Shown here in pieces: positions 28,893 to 40,811 of a stretch of 64,000 nt of DNA (positions are counted from its first letter, which is position 1; each line of letters opens with the position of its first letter). The stretch lies in assembly GCF_009914755.1 (NCBI RefSeq), contig NC_060933.1; one strand, written 5' to 3'. The notes beneath the pieces are model-generated. The model made no database searches, had not been told where the DNA came from, and saw only the letters and a list, made by a program, of their open reading frames with translations. The translations under genes were made by a program, and so were the position numbers. Source of the stretch: the human T2T-CHM13v2.0 reference genome, Homo sapiens.

Positions 28893-30203
28893 GCACTGAG
28901 CCCTTAAAGAGAGGCTGCAGTGCGGGGCTCCCAAGGCAGATGTCCGAGGCCACTCCAGCTCATTCACTGCTCCAGGCAGGGAAAGCACAGCTCAGCCAGG
29001 GATTGATTGAGGAGTGTCATGAGTTGATTTTGTCTGGACAATTGAACTTCCTTCGCTCGGGCCCATTTCCTCAGCTCCGCACGCACCAGGACCAAGGCGT
29101 CAGGCCAGCAGGCTGAGTAATGAACCTGACCCGCCTTTGCGCATGGCCTCGCATGAGTGTCCCCCTTCGCCCAGCTGGGGTGCGGAGCTGCTCTACCTGC
29201 TGTGATCTGGAGGAGTGGGGTGGTGTTTTCTTCGTGCATATCAAGGTCTTCGGGGGCCAGCCTTGCCCCCAGGTCAGGGGCAGGCGACTGGCAGAGAGAG
29301 GGGCAGGCCAGATCAGCAGGGCAGGCGGCCCACGTGCCCTCAGGAGTGGAGCTCCCCCCACCAAGAGCAAGCAGCTTGAGCCATGGCTGCTACATTTGTC
29401 CACAGGAATGACAGAAAGGGCTGCAACAACAGCGTGTCTCGTTTCACTATTCTGTAAAGGTTTCCAGCATTCTCAGTCTCACTAACACTCGATGTGCTAA
29501 AACAACGTCCGGTGGCTCTTCCACTTTCTCCCATAACAAACAGCGCCCGCTGAGTCCGTGCCTGGCGCAGCACGAAGCCCTTGACGTTCCTCTCTGCTTC
29601 ATCCTGCTAACGAGCTGTCACGTATCCCTGGTCTACAGGTGGAGAAACGGCTCAGGGACCACCCTGCTCATCAGGGTAGTGAGGGGAAGACCCAGGTCTA
29701 ATCCAGGTGGTCTGGTCCTGTCCCCATGGGAGCCCCACGGCATAGGCAAGAGGCAGCCTAATCTGCGGACAACCTGGGAGGAGGGAGGGTCCCGGCTGGC
29801 TTGCGTGAAGGCAGAGCTAGCTGCACACAGGCTCTGTCGGTGGGTGCCTCTCCATCCCTCTGACACCAGCACTCCTGGGGAGAAACATGCTCCTCCCTTA
29901 CGCTGGGCCCTCCTGCTTCCCAGGGCACCTCCCAGGATGACTACCAAAACGCGACTCACAACGCACTACACCACCTCGGCACTGGTAGAGGAAGCCCTCC
30001 AAGTCAGACCCACAGAGGCAAGTCCCTGCCCTTAGCAAGCTTCCGGACCCCTGTCTCTGCACACTTCCCCTCCTTCCCCGAGGACGCCCTGACCCAATTC
30101 CGGTGCCTTCCAACACTTTCCACGAGGTCTCCTGGCCACTCCCACCCCCAGCTTTCCAGCTTTGGTTCACTCAAGGTGGGCTGGGGGCCCTGGATGCTGG
30201 AGA

Positions 30204-30220
30204 CACGTGGCTGACACGTG
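30204..30220. promoter_or_regulatory. Tandem E-box CACGTG-N5-CACGTG (ChoRE geometry)
   Basis: CACGTG(30204-30209) GCTGA CACGTG(30215-30220). Motif only; function not shown. Confidence 0.4.
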
Positions 30221-32619
30221 GCACCCGCTAGGGCTCTGAGCCTTTGACTGTGCTGTTCCAGTGGCCTGAACACTGTTCCCTATCCCCACTTCCTGACCTT
30301 GTCTCTTTCAACCCAAGCCCAGCTCATGAAAGGAAGAAATGGCCTTTCTCCTCCTCTGTACCTGCCCCCTCGAATGGCGGGTCACCCGCTCACCACACTC
30401 CAGGCAATGCTGCTGCGAGATGGGAAACAGGCTTCCCAGAGAAGATGCCAGAAGACTCAGAGGGCCCAGCCAGCTGTCTCCAAAACAGGGCCCCGGAGGC
30501 ATGGATTCAAAATGTCTGCTACCAGAGCTCAGACCCCAAACTCCAACCTGCAGCACGCAGGCAGCCCTGGGTCCAGAATCCCAGGATCTTCCCCAAAAAG
30601 GGATGGGGCAAGGTTGCTTTGTGGCTCAAGGCCAGGAGGTCCCAGAGAGGCAGAACACCTGCCCCCGACCCGGGCGTCTCCTGCTGTTTAGGGGTTTCAC
30701 GCTCAGCTTTTCTCACAGTCTGCTCCTGTGCAGCCTGATTTCCAAACGAGCTCTGCTGCAAACTTCAAGCGCCCAGCCGGTGAGAACCAGCAAGGACCAG
30801 CAGCCGTGAAGTCCAGGAACCCCAGTGCTGGGGCTCCCACCCGCTGCCAGGGTCTGTCTGTCCACAGCCCCTGAGCCATGAGGAGTGGGTTCTCAAAGGC
30901 TGAAAAGTCAAGATCTCAAGAAAAGAGAGACACTCTGGCTGCCCAGCAACCCCTGGCACAGGCAGGCAGGGCCAGGCCAAGCTGCAGCATTGCCCCTCTC
31001 CATCCTGACGGTCAAGTCCTTCCTCAGCAGCACTCGAGAGGAAACCCAGCAAGAAAAATCAATTCTGGAGAAGCCTCATTTGGAAGTCTGAGTGGAGCAG
31101 GTGGGCAGCTGGGAGGCTCCTATTCAACTCTGCACCCGCCTCCAGTCCACAGTCAGACACCGAATAAGAGGCACCTACTGCATGCTAGGCCGCCGCCCAG
31201 CCGTGCCTGTTCAGAGCCAGCAGCTGAGAGAGGACTCAGCTTTCCACGCCTGCTCCCCTGAAGCCCTCCAAGGACCCACCTCTGCTGCCGACGGTGGGTT
31301 TAAGCCAAGGCGGGGGGTATAAAGAGTGGCCCACACAATCGGGACTTCAAGGTCAGGGTCAAACCAAAGGTTTTCTATAAAGCTAGCAGTAAATTGCTTT
31401 TCTAGTATTTCTCTTTATAACCATCTTCCCTGAGCCGGCTTCCGAGTGCCGGAGGGTTCAAATCCTACTCTCTGGCCACCTGGCTCTGAGCAATTAGCCC
31501 AGACGCACGCCTGCGCCTCGGCCCTCCGGGTTGCTCTCATAGGACCTCAGCCCCTCCTCTCTGCTGCAGCCCACAAGCCATCTGTGAAACGGGCTCTTGT
31601 CTCTGCCACCTCATTTTCTCCATTTCTTCCCCCTTCCGGAAAGCGGCCTCCGAGGTCAACATGAGGGCGTTCGCACGCTCTCTGGAGCGCCCTATCTCCA
31701 GCGCAATTGGACAATCCAACTCCAGACGGACCCAAGCAGAGGGCGCGATTCTTCCCGTTCCCCCACCACCCACTAAAATGAAAGCCAAATGGATCCCTTC
31801 ACAGCCAGCAGACACCGGATGATCGCTCTCCAGTCTGAAGGAACGATTCTCGCTATTATCCCTTCCTGCTGGGCTAAAAATATTGAAGGAAAAATGCAAC
31901 CGCAGCACTAGAGAGCTTCCCAAGCAGGGGGGTAAAACTGAGCCTCCTTCTATGATCAGAAACCAAAGGCAGGCACAGCCCTTGGCTATGGAGGCAGCAA
32001 GGTGGGAGGCGGCCTCTTCCCCTGCAGAAGGCCACAAGCCAGCCATGCGACAGCAAAGTGTCAAAAACTCTTCTTAGTCAATTGCCAAACGGGCAACTAC
32101 GGGGGCTGGAGAACAAGAGCTGGCACCCAGCAGGGTCAGAGCAGGAGTAGAACAGGGACTGTGGGGCTTTCACCCTGAAAAGTGTCCCTCATGCCCGCCA
32201 TGTCCCCATTTGGAGCTCCTGCTGGAGCCTCTCCTGCAGGTGCCTACAAAGCCCCACCCACTGGTGAGTGGCCGTCACCCGCCAGGCAACCCCAGCTGGA
32301 CCCAATGTGGCACCTCCTCCTCAGCAGTCCCTGTGCTTCGTGAGGCCCATATGTGGGAGCTGGGAGCGCTAGACTAGAACCCCTCTCAGCCTGGACCCCC
32401 GGGACCTGCCCTTCACCTCTCAGAGCCTCAGTTTCCTCACCTGTCAAGCAGGGGTGGCAGTCATACCCACAGCAGCTGACACCAGACCACGGGTGGGTCA
32501 CTCACCTTGTGCTGGGGACAGGGCTTTTAGGCTGCTCGGCTCTGCTGCAGGAATAGGATCCTCAAAGCAGAGGCGGTTTCCCCATTTTACAGATGGGCAG
32601 AGTGAGGCTTCAGGAAGTG

Positions 32620-32996
32620 TAGTTATCTGCTTGGAGTCTTAGGCAGCTGCTCAGGATGCTACAGCAAAATCCCACAGCCCGGGAAGCTTGTAAACCCAGG
32701 GGCTTCTTTCTTGCAGCTCCAGAGCCTGGAAGCCCAGTGCCAGCGTGGTCAGGTTCCAGTGGCTTCTCCTTGTACCCTTACACAGCAGAGATGTACCCTT
32801 ACATCCACAGAGAGTAGAGAGAAGCAGTCCCTTTTGGTACTCTTAAAAGGGACCATCCTATTCATGAAGGGTCCGCTCTTACGACCTCATCTAAACCCAA
32901 TTACCTCAAAAGGCCCCAGCTCCTAATAACGTCACATTTTGGGGTAGGGTTTCAACATAGGAATTTTGGGGAGACACAAACATTCAGTCCATAACA
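32620..32996 (-). mobile_element. MLT1A/MST-type MaLR LTR
   Basis: Ends ...GGAATTTTGGGGAGACACAAACATTCAGTCCATAACA, the reverse of the MaLR 5' end TGTTATGGACTGAATG. Confidence 0.8.
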
Positions 32997-33122
32997 GCAA
33001 GTGTAATGGGTTGAATGGGTGGGCCCCAAAGAGACAGGTCTGCATCCAGACCCTGAGAAGGCTATTTGTGACCTTACTTGGAAAAACAGTGTTTGCAGGT
33101 AAAATTAAATTGATGCTCTCAA

Positions 33123-33453
<331 letters not shown>

Positions 33454-33607
33454 TTACCCAGTAGGCCCTAAATCCAAGTGTCCCTAGAAGAGAAGACAGA
33501 AGACAAGAGGCCGTGTGACGACAGAGGCACAGATTGGCGTGATGCAGCCACAAGCCAAGGAGTGCCTGGGGCCACCAGAATCTTGAAAAGGCAGGATGGA
33601 GCCTCTC

Positions 33608-33988
33608 CTAGAGCCTGCAGAGGTTGCACAGCCCCACTGACACCTAGAACCTGGAGGGAGCATGGCCCCCGGGACACCTAGAACCTGGAGGGAGCATGGC
33701 CCCACTGACACCTAGAACCTGGAGGGAGCATGGCCCCCGGGACACCTAGAACCTGGAGGGAGCATGGCCCCCGGGACACCTAGAACCTGGAGGGAGCATG
33801 GCCCCCGGGACACCTAGAACCTGGAGGGAGCATGGCCCCCGGGACACCTAGAACCTGGAGGGAGCACGGCCCCACTGACACCTAGAACCTGGAGGGAGCA
33901 CAGCCTGCCAACATCTAGAACCTCCAGAGGCAGCACAGCCCTGCCAACACCTAGAGCTTCCAGAGGGAGCACAGCCCTGCTGACACCT
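33608..33988. repeat. 34-bp minisatellite, about 11 units
   Basis: CACCTAGAACCTGGAGGGAGCATGGCCCC(CGG|ACT)GA units at 33641, 33675, 33709 and onward. Confidence 0.95.
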
Positions 33989-35465
33989 TGGTTTCAGGCT
34001 CGCGGCCTCCAGGGCTGCTGCTGGAAGGCGCTGGCCTGTGGTTCTTTGTTGGGCAACTCCGGTGGCCAGCTGGTGGCAGGCAGTCCTGTGCCCTTGGCGC
34101 TGTGCCCCCCAAGCCCACCACAACAGGCACTTGGAATGGCTTTGGGATGAATGGGCACACAATGGAATGAATAGGGCTTGGATGAGAAACTGAGGCAAGA
34201 GTTCTCCTGGTTTCTTCCACCCTTTGTTCCCGTTCATGCCAGCATGGGTTTTGCAATGCCCTGCACCCCGGCTCGGAGCTGGGAGACCCTGGACCCTGGG
34301 CCTGGCACACTGGGGCCCTCTGAAAATGTGGTTTTGACCCCCAGGCTCAATTCAGGGCTCTTTGGGAAGCAAAGTCCCCAGAGGGACCCTGGCAGGGTGG
34401 GAAGTCAGGAAGCACTTGTGTGGAACCTCAGACCCAGTTCCCTCTGACCACCATGGGGCCCAGCTTCAGACACCCTTGAGTGGGGACAGGGGGCTCAGGC
34501 ACAGGGTGGGGCACCTTTCCGGCAGGGAGATGCAGGTTCAAATCCTGAAGGTCCCCCACACCCACCCTGGGAAACCCAGCTCCCATGACCCCGGCTCCCA
34601 GGCCTGCATGTCCAACAGCTGCCTCCCTGTCTCCAAAGAAGGCACCTGGCCCGAGTACCCCAAAACCAAGACCTGTGGGCCTCCATCCCTAGGTGTCCTC
34701 CCTCTGCAGAAAAACCCACTGCTTGCCAGAGGCTACAGCCAGCACCTGACAGGCAGCGCCTCCCACCACCCCTTGCACAGGCAGGTGGCTCCACATGTGG
34801 GACAACCCACTGCACATGTGTGACATTCTTAAGATCCCAGCACTATACACGCCATGGGATGTAAAACACCCTTCTCAACGTGCAACAAACACGGCCGAAA
34901 CCGTCACCGAAAGCACTGCGCCTGTCTGCTGCTGGGGAATCACTCCGTGGTTAGCACCCATCATTTCGAGAAGAAAGAGTCAATTGTGATGTTCTGTTAC
35001 CATCCCAGTCATTTCCAGGGATTTCTGAGAAGCGGCATGTGCCTGGTGTCCCTCTGTCCATCTGCCCATCTGTCCATCCGCCCACCAGCACCTGCTGAGG
35101 GCCTGCGGCCCTGCATGCATGGCCCAGGCTGCCAAATCAGTTCTGTCACCATGGGGCGGCAAGGCACAAGGAGGAGCAAGTGCGCGTGAGACGCCCAACA
35201 GGAGAGATGCCTGCACTTCAAGGAGCTTTCTCGCCTGGTGCTGGAAAGGACCCAAAGTACTCAGTGCCACAGCAGCACATCGCAAGTGCGCAGTGAATCT
35301 GAGTGAAATCCACGCACGCCTGAAGGCTTCCGGAGAAGGCATCGCAGGTCCAGCCATGGGAGGCTGGGGGGAGCGGGAGCTGTGGCACTGCAGCCAAGCA
35401 CTTACATGTGCCACACACCTGTGGGGCGGGCGGGGGATGCTGCTGATGCTCGAGCAGGGCAAGGT

Positions 35466-35634
35466 CTGTGATGTGTGTGTCCTCATGTGTATGCGTGTGG
35501 GGTGCCCATGCACATACATGTGGGGGTGCGCAGGTGCTTAGGGGTGTACAGGCGTGCATGTGTTCATGTGTGTGCACATGTATGTGTGCATGCTCATGAT
35601 GTATGTACCAGTGTATGTATGTGCAGTGTGTGTC
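35466..35634. repeat. Degenerate (TG/TGCA)n tract
   Basis: Directly visible. Confidence 0.8.
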
Positions 35635-36159
35635 TGCATTACGATAAATAAAGCTAAGCAAAAATACATCTGCAGGAGGGCAAGGACCGAGATAAATCAT
35701 TCTGAACTCCAAACAGGTGGAGGGTAAGATGTAAACAGATTTTTCCTGTTGTTTAAATGTACTTCGTTTTCATTATACTGCTGTTTGCGTGCAATGAATG
35801 CAAGTGCACTGAGGTGAGGAAAAAGGAAGGCAGACACTCCTTCCTCCGGCTACCCCACAGACACCCACACCATGAGAAACTAGGGCACCCCTGCAGATGG
35901 GAGGCAGCGGTGAGGTCGCCTCCAGGCTCGGCCAAGGGTACAGGAAGGGCAGAACCTGACCAGGCCATTTCCAGCCAGACTCTGCTTCCTGTGGGGAGCT
36001 CCTGCCCCTTCAGGTCCTAAACCTTCAATCACCCAGATTCTGGGGACCCCACAGGGAGCAACATAGTCATGCCACCCTCCACAAGCCCAGCCAGGGAGTG
36101 TGGCCCCATACCCGATGCCAAGGCGAGGCTCCTGGCTGCGGAAGCTGAGTCGGAAGCAC

Positions 36160-36640
36160 GGTCCCCACACTCCTCCTTACTCCCCGCCCACGCTCCTCCC
36201 CACTCCCCACACTCCTCCCCACCCCCCTGCTTCTCCCCACTCTCCCCATACTCCCCACTCCCCCTGCCATGCTCCCCCAACTCCCCCCATGCTCCTCAGT
36301 CCCTCCAATGCCCCCCAAGCTCCTCCCCATTCCCCACATGCTCCTCCCCACTCCCCACGGTCCTCCCCACCTCCTCACTTCTCCCCACTCCCCCCATGAT
36401 CCTCCCCACACCCCCACTCCTCCCCCCTCCCCACCACGCTCCTCCAACTATCCCCACTCACCCCATGCTGCTCCCCATTCCCCCCAAAGCTCCTCCCCAC
36501 TCCCCCACACTCCCCCCACGCTGCTTCCCACTCCCCCCACGCTGCTTCCCACTCCCCCCAACGCCCCCCCCACGTTCCTCCCCACCCCCCCACTTGCACT
36601 CCACTCCCACTCCTACTCCTCCCCACTCCTCCCCACAGCT
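36160..36640. repeat. C-rich low-complexity array (CTCCCCA/CTCCCC)n; G-rich on the minus strand
   Basis: Dozens of C4-C7 runs separated by short spacers. Confidence 0.93.
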
Positions 36641-38585
36641 CTGGCCTCCCCCAGCCCGAGGGGAGCCCTCTAAACCCTCCAGCTCAGGCTGCTCCGTGAA
36701 GCTCAGTTCCTGCCGCTTCCGCTCAGCACAAAGGCACGGCCCCTGCTGGAGGCCCCCGCTCCGGGGAACTCTCAGACGGGCAGCCAGCACCTCACTGCCC
36801 ATCTGCTCCTTCCCTGCTTACTCGCAGAGTCAAGACCTGGAGCCCACGGGGCCAGGAGGCACAAAGCACAGCTTCCCAGGTGACGCTGGACAAGTCGCTG
36901 ACCCTCCTGGAGCCTCAGTTTCCCCAACCCAGTGGCTCTGAATGAATTCCCTGGATTCCTGAGAAGGAGGGAGCTTCCTCACTGGTTCACAGGGAGAGAG
37001 GGAGGGAAGGGGGTTCTGACAATTAAAAACAGGTCTGCAAGTCAGGAACTCGATGATCTCCGGAGGTGCCATGATCCCCTCGTCTACCCAGCCTCCCCTG
37101 GGCCCTGCAGCCCCTCCCTACCCTGTGACCCTCAGCCCAAGCCCCTGGGGAGGGTCTCTGGTTCTCAGCTGTGGGGTTGGGCCCAGCGGGTCTGGGGGCC
37201 TGGTGGGGAAAGGGTGTCTAGGGTACTCTGTCTTTCTACCTTTCTGAGTTGTTTCTTCTTTTGCTTTGTTTTGTTTCGTTTTGTTTTTTTTCCAACGAGT
37301 AGACATTACTTTTAGAATTTCTTAAAAAGTTATCTCAGCTTTGGGTTGGGTTAGGGAGGAGGGAGTCCTGGGAATGTATAAAAAGCACGCAGCCAGTTAG
37401 TTCCTGAGAAGTCAGAAAATGCGAAGATCAACTGAGAAGCTGTACTTTCTGGAAATTCCAGGCGAACCAGCACCAGGCCCCTCGGCTGGTGGGCAGAGCA
37501 CCAGGGGGCGAGGGAGCGGGAGGGGGATTCCCTGCTGCCAGGCCAACAGCTGGGCCAGCCAAGGTCAGGAATGCTGCAGCTGCAGCCTCGCCTTCCGCCC
37601 CCACCCAGGCGGGAGCCCAGTGGGAGGGAGGCTGCCCCTGCCAGGGCCTGGGACAGAGCCCTCTGTGGGGGACAGGCCAGGCAGGAAACCCGGCCGTCCT
37701 CAAGCAGGAAAGCTGGGCCAGAGCTGGTACTTCAGCAGGGAGCTGAACTCCAGTCCTGGGCGCACCTGTTTGCAGTCACAAAAAGGGCAGACTGCAGCAC
37801 CCACCCACCTGCCCAGCTCCCCACCCAGCTCCCCACCTGCCCGGGGTACCCAGGACTCTCTCGAACGCCACCAGTGTCTCTCTGGTTCCTCATTCTGTGC
37901 AGGCCTACCCTCTGGTGCTCTCCCGGTTAGGATGATCGTCCCTGCTTTACCAGGTGGGGAAACTGAGGCTCAGCCTGGCAGTTATGGGCCTCCCCTGTAC
38001 CAGCTGCTGCAGGTCCGGTCTCATTTCACCAGGGAAGGATGTGTGCCCAGGACGCTGCTCCCTGGGATGAAACGGGTTTGTTTTTTTTCTCCCAGTATAG
38101 AAATAACCCTGCCTGGATGAGGGCAGGGAAGTAGAATAACATGAAACCGACAAGAACTCCCATCCTAAAACACCACTAACCACTGAGGGCATTTTTCTGT
38201 CGTCTCTTGACTCTGGGTTTTTAGGGGTTTTTTATGTGTGTGTGGTGTTTTCTACATATTTGACTACTGGGAATAATATGGCATATTGCGTCCTGGTGCC
38301 CCTTCGCTGACAGCACAGGTGTCCCAGCTCCCTGCCTCCCCGGCTGCAGGGCAGGGCGAGGAGGGGAGGCCAGGGACATGCGGGCCTGGTACCTTCCAGG
38401 GCAAGAGGGACGTCATCCCCGTGGGCAGAGCAGGAAATGGAGGAATGTTGAGTTCCCTGCACCCGCTGTCACCGTCACAGCTGGCCCCACCTCAGCCGGG
38501 ACACCCTGCCCGGGCCACTCCAAGTGACTGTCACAACCCGAGAGCCTATGGCCAAGATGAGCTCCACCAAGTAAAAATGGTGGAG

Positions 38586-39545
38586 TGTGGGGAAAAGCAA
38601 GAGAGATCAGATTGTCACTGTATCTGTGTAGAAAGAAGTAGACATGGAGACTCCATTTTGTTATGTACTAAGAAAAATTCTTCTGCCTTGAGATTCTGTG
38701 ACCTTACCTCCAACCCGGTGCTCTCTGAAACATGTGCTGTGTCAAACTCAGGGTTAAATGGATTAAGGGCGGTGCAAGATGTGCTTTGTTAAACAGATGC
38801 TTGAAGGCAGCATGCTCCTTAAGAGTCATCACCACTCCCTAATCTCAAGTACCCAGGGACACAAACACTGCGGAAGGCCGCAGGGACCTCTGCCTAGGAA
38901 AGCCAGGTATTGTCCAAGGTTTCTCCCCATGTGATAGTCTGAAATATGGCCTCGTGGGAAGGGAAAGACCTGACCGTCCCCCAGCCCGACACCCGTAAAG
39001 GGTCTGTGCTGAGGAGGATTAGTAAAAGAGGAAGGAACGCCTCTTGCAGTTGAGACAAGAGGAAGGCATCTGTCTCCTGCCCGTCCCTGGGCAATGGAAT
39101 GTCTCGGTATAAAACCGGATTGTACGTTCCATCTACTGAGATAGGGAAAAACCGCCTTAGGGCTGGACGTGGGACCTGCGGGCAGCAATACTGCTTTGTA
39201 AAGCATTGAGATGTTTATGTGTATGCATATCTAAAAGCACAGCACTTAATCCTTTACCTTGTCTATGATGCAAAGATCTTTGTTCACGTGTTTGTCTGCT
39301 GACCCTCTCCCCACTATTGTCTTGTGACCCTGACACATCCCCCTCTTCGAAAAACATCCACGAATGACCAATAAATACTAAGGGAACTCAGAGGCTGGCG
39401 GGATCCTCCATATGCTGAACGCTGGTTCCCCGGGCCCCCTTATTTCTTTCTCTATACTTTGTCTCTGTGTCTTTTTCTTTTCCAAATCTCTCGTTCCACC
39501 TTACGAGAAACACCCACAGGTGTGGAGGGGCAACCCACCCCTTCA
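38586..39545 (+). mobile_element. HERV-K(HML-2) solo LTR, LTR5_Hs-type, complete (960 bp)
   Basis: Starts TGTGGGGAAAAGCAAGAGAGATCAGATTG and ends GGGGCAACCCACCCCTTCA. AATAAA at 39370-39375. Perfect 6-bp TSD GTGGAG at 38580-38585 and 39546-39551. Confidence 0.97.
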
Positions 39546-40380
39546 GTGGAGCCAACAAGGACGCTGCAGAGCACAGCTCCATCACCACCTGCATTCATCC
39601 ATTCATCCTTCATTCATTCATTCCTCAATCTTGTGTCTGGTCCTACTTTGTGCCAGGCTCCAGGCACCAGGAAGAAAGCCCTGGGCCCTGCCCACAGGAA
39701 GAGACAGTCACAACCCGAGGTTCCCAGGCCAGGCCTGCGAGGTGCTCCCTGCCCCGCCCCAGGTGTTATTTTTGGAGGAGGCGGTGGGGGCCTCCCAGGG
39801 AAGTGAGAGGTGCCGAGAAACAGCACAGGCCACTGCACCGGCCACAGCCCCAGGGGCCCAGGCAGGGCTTGCAGCAGAGACAGCCCCAGATGATGGGGTT
39901 CCTGACTGAGCTCTCCTCCATGCTGACAGCTACTGAAAATGGCAAATCCATAGGCACTAGAGATGGTCCCACTGCCACCAACAGTCCTCAACCCCAGGCT
40001 GCAGGAGAGATGCTCAGAACCTGCTGGGCCAAGCCCCTGGCTGTCACCTGGGGCAGCTGCTGCACGGAAGCCACAAGAGAGGCACAGCTGGGAGGCACAG
40101 ACCCAGGCCCTGCACCCCGACCCACCTCACTCAGGCCTCCGCTCCGGGCTTCCCCGACGGTGACCTCCCCAAGCTCCTGCCCACCCTCTGCGCCAGACTG
40201 CTCCTTCCCAGGGTGCCCACCTCTCAAGCTGTTCCTCTCACCACCCCTTTCACACCCCATTCTGCTGCAGGCCTGAGCTTTCAGGGCAGGCTCTGACCCC
40301 TGCCCCTCCCTACCAGGGAGCCCAGGGCACAGAGGCACCAAGCACCCCGTGACCGTCTGGACGGAAGAAAGAGTAAGCAG

Positions 40381-40811
40381 TGCAGAGGCTGGACTGTGCA
40401 CCACGTCCCCTATCTTGTCCTGACTCCCAGAACCTCCAAACGTGACCTGATTTAGGAAAACGGTCTTTGCAGATGTAACTGAGGTAAGGACCTCAAGAAG
40501 AGGCCATCCCAGCTTAGGGTGGGCCGCAAATCCAATGACCAGCATCCTCTTAAGAGACAGAAGAGGAGAGAGGCATAGGGATGAGGCCCTGAGAAGATGA
40601 AGGCAGAGGCTGGCCAGCCAAGGAGGGCCCAGAGCCGCAGGAGGTGGGGGAGGCAGGGGGACCCTCCCCTAGTGCCTCCGGAGGGAGGGGCTGCAGCCCT
40701 GATGTCCCTGAGAATTCGGACCTCTGGCCTCCGGAACTGGAGGAGAATGCACGTTTGTTGTCCAAAGCTCCTGAGTTTGTGGTCATTTGCTGTGGCAGCC
40801 ACAAAGCACAC
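40381..40811 (+). mobile_element. MLT1B/C-type MaLR LTR
   Basis: GTGACCTGATTTAGGAAAACGGTCTTTGCAGATGTAA...AAATCCAATGAC...TTTGTGGTCATTTGCTGTGGCAGCC. Confidence 0.8.

Noticed and set aside
33608-33988. Regular 34-bp repeats superficially like a CRISPR array
   Set aside because: Head-to-tail units with no unique spacers, LTR-derived, in a human intron.
36069-36941. 290-aa proline-rich ORF
   Set aside because: It arises from the C-rich low-complexity tract and has no recognisable domain.
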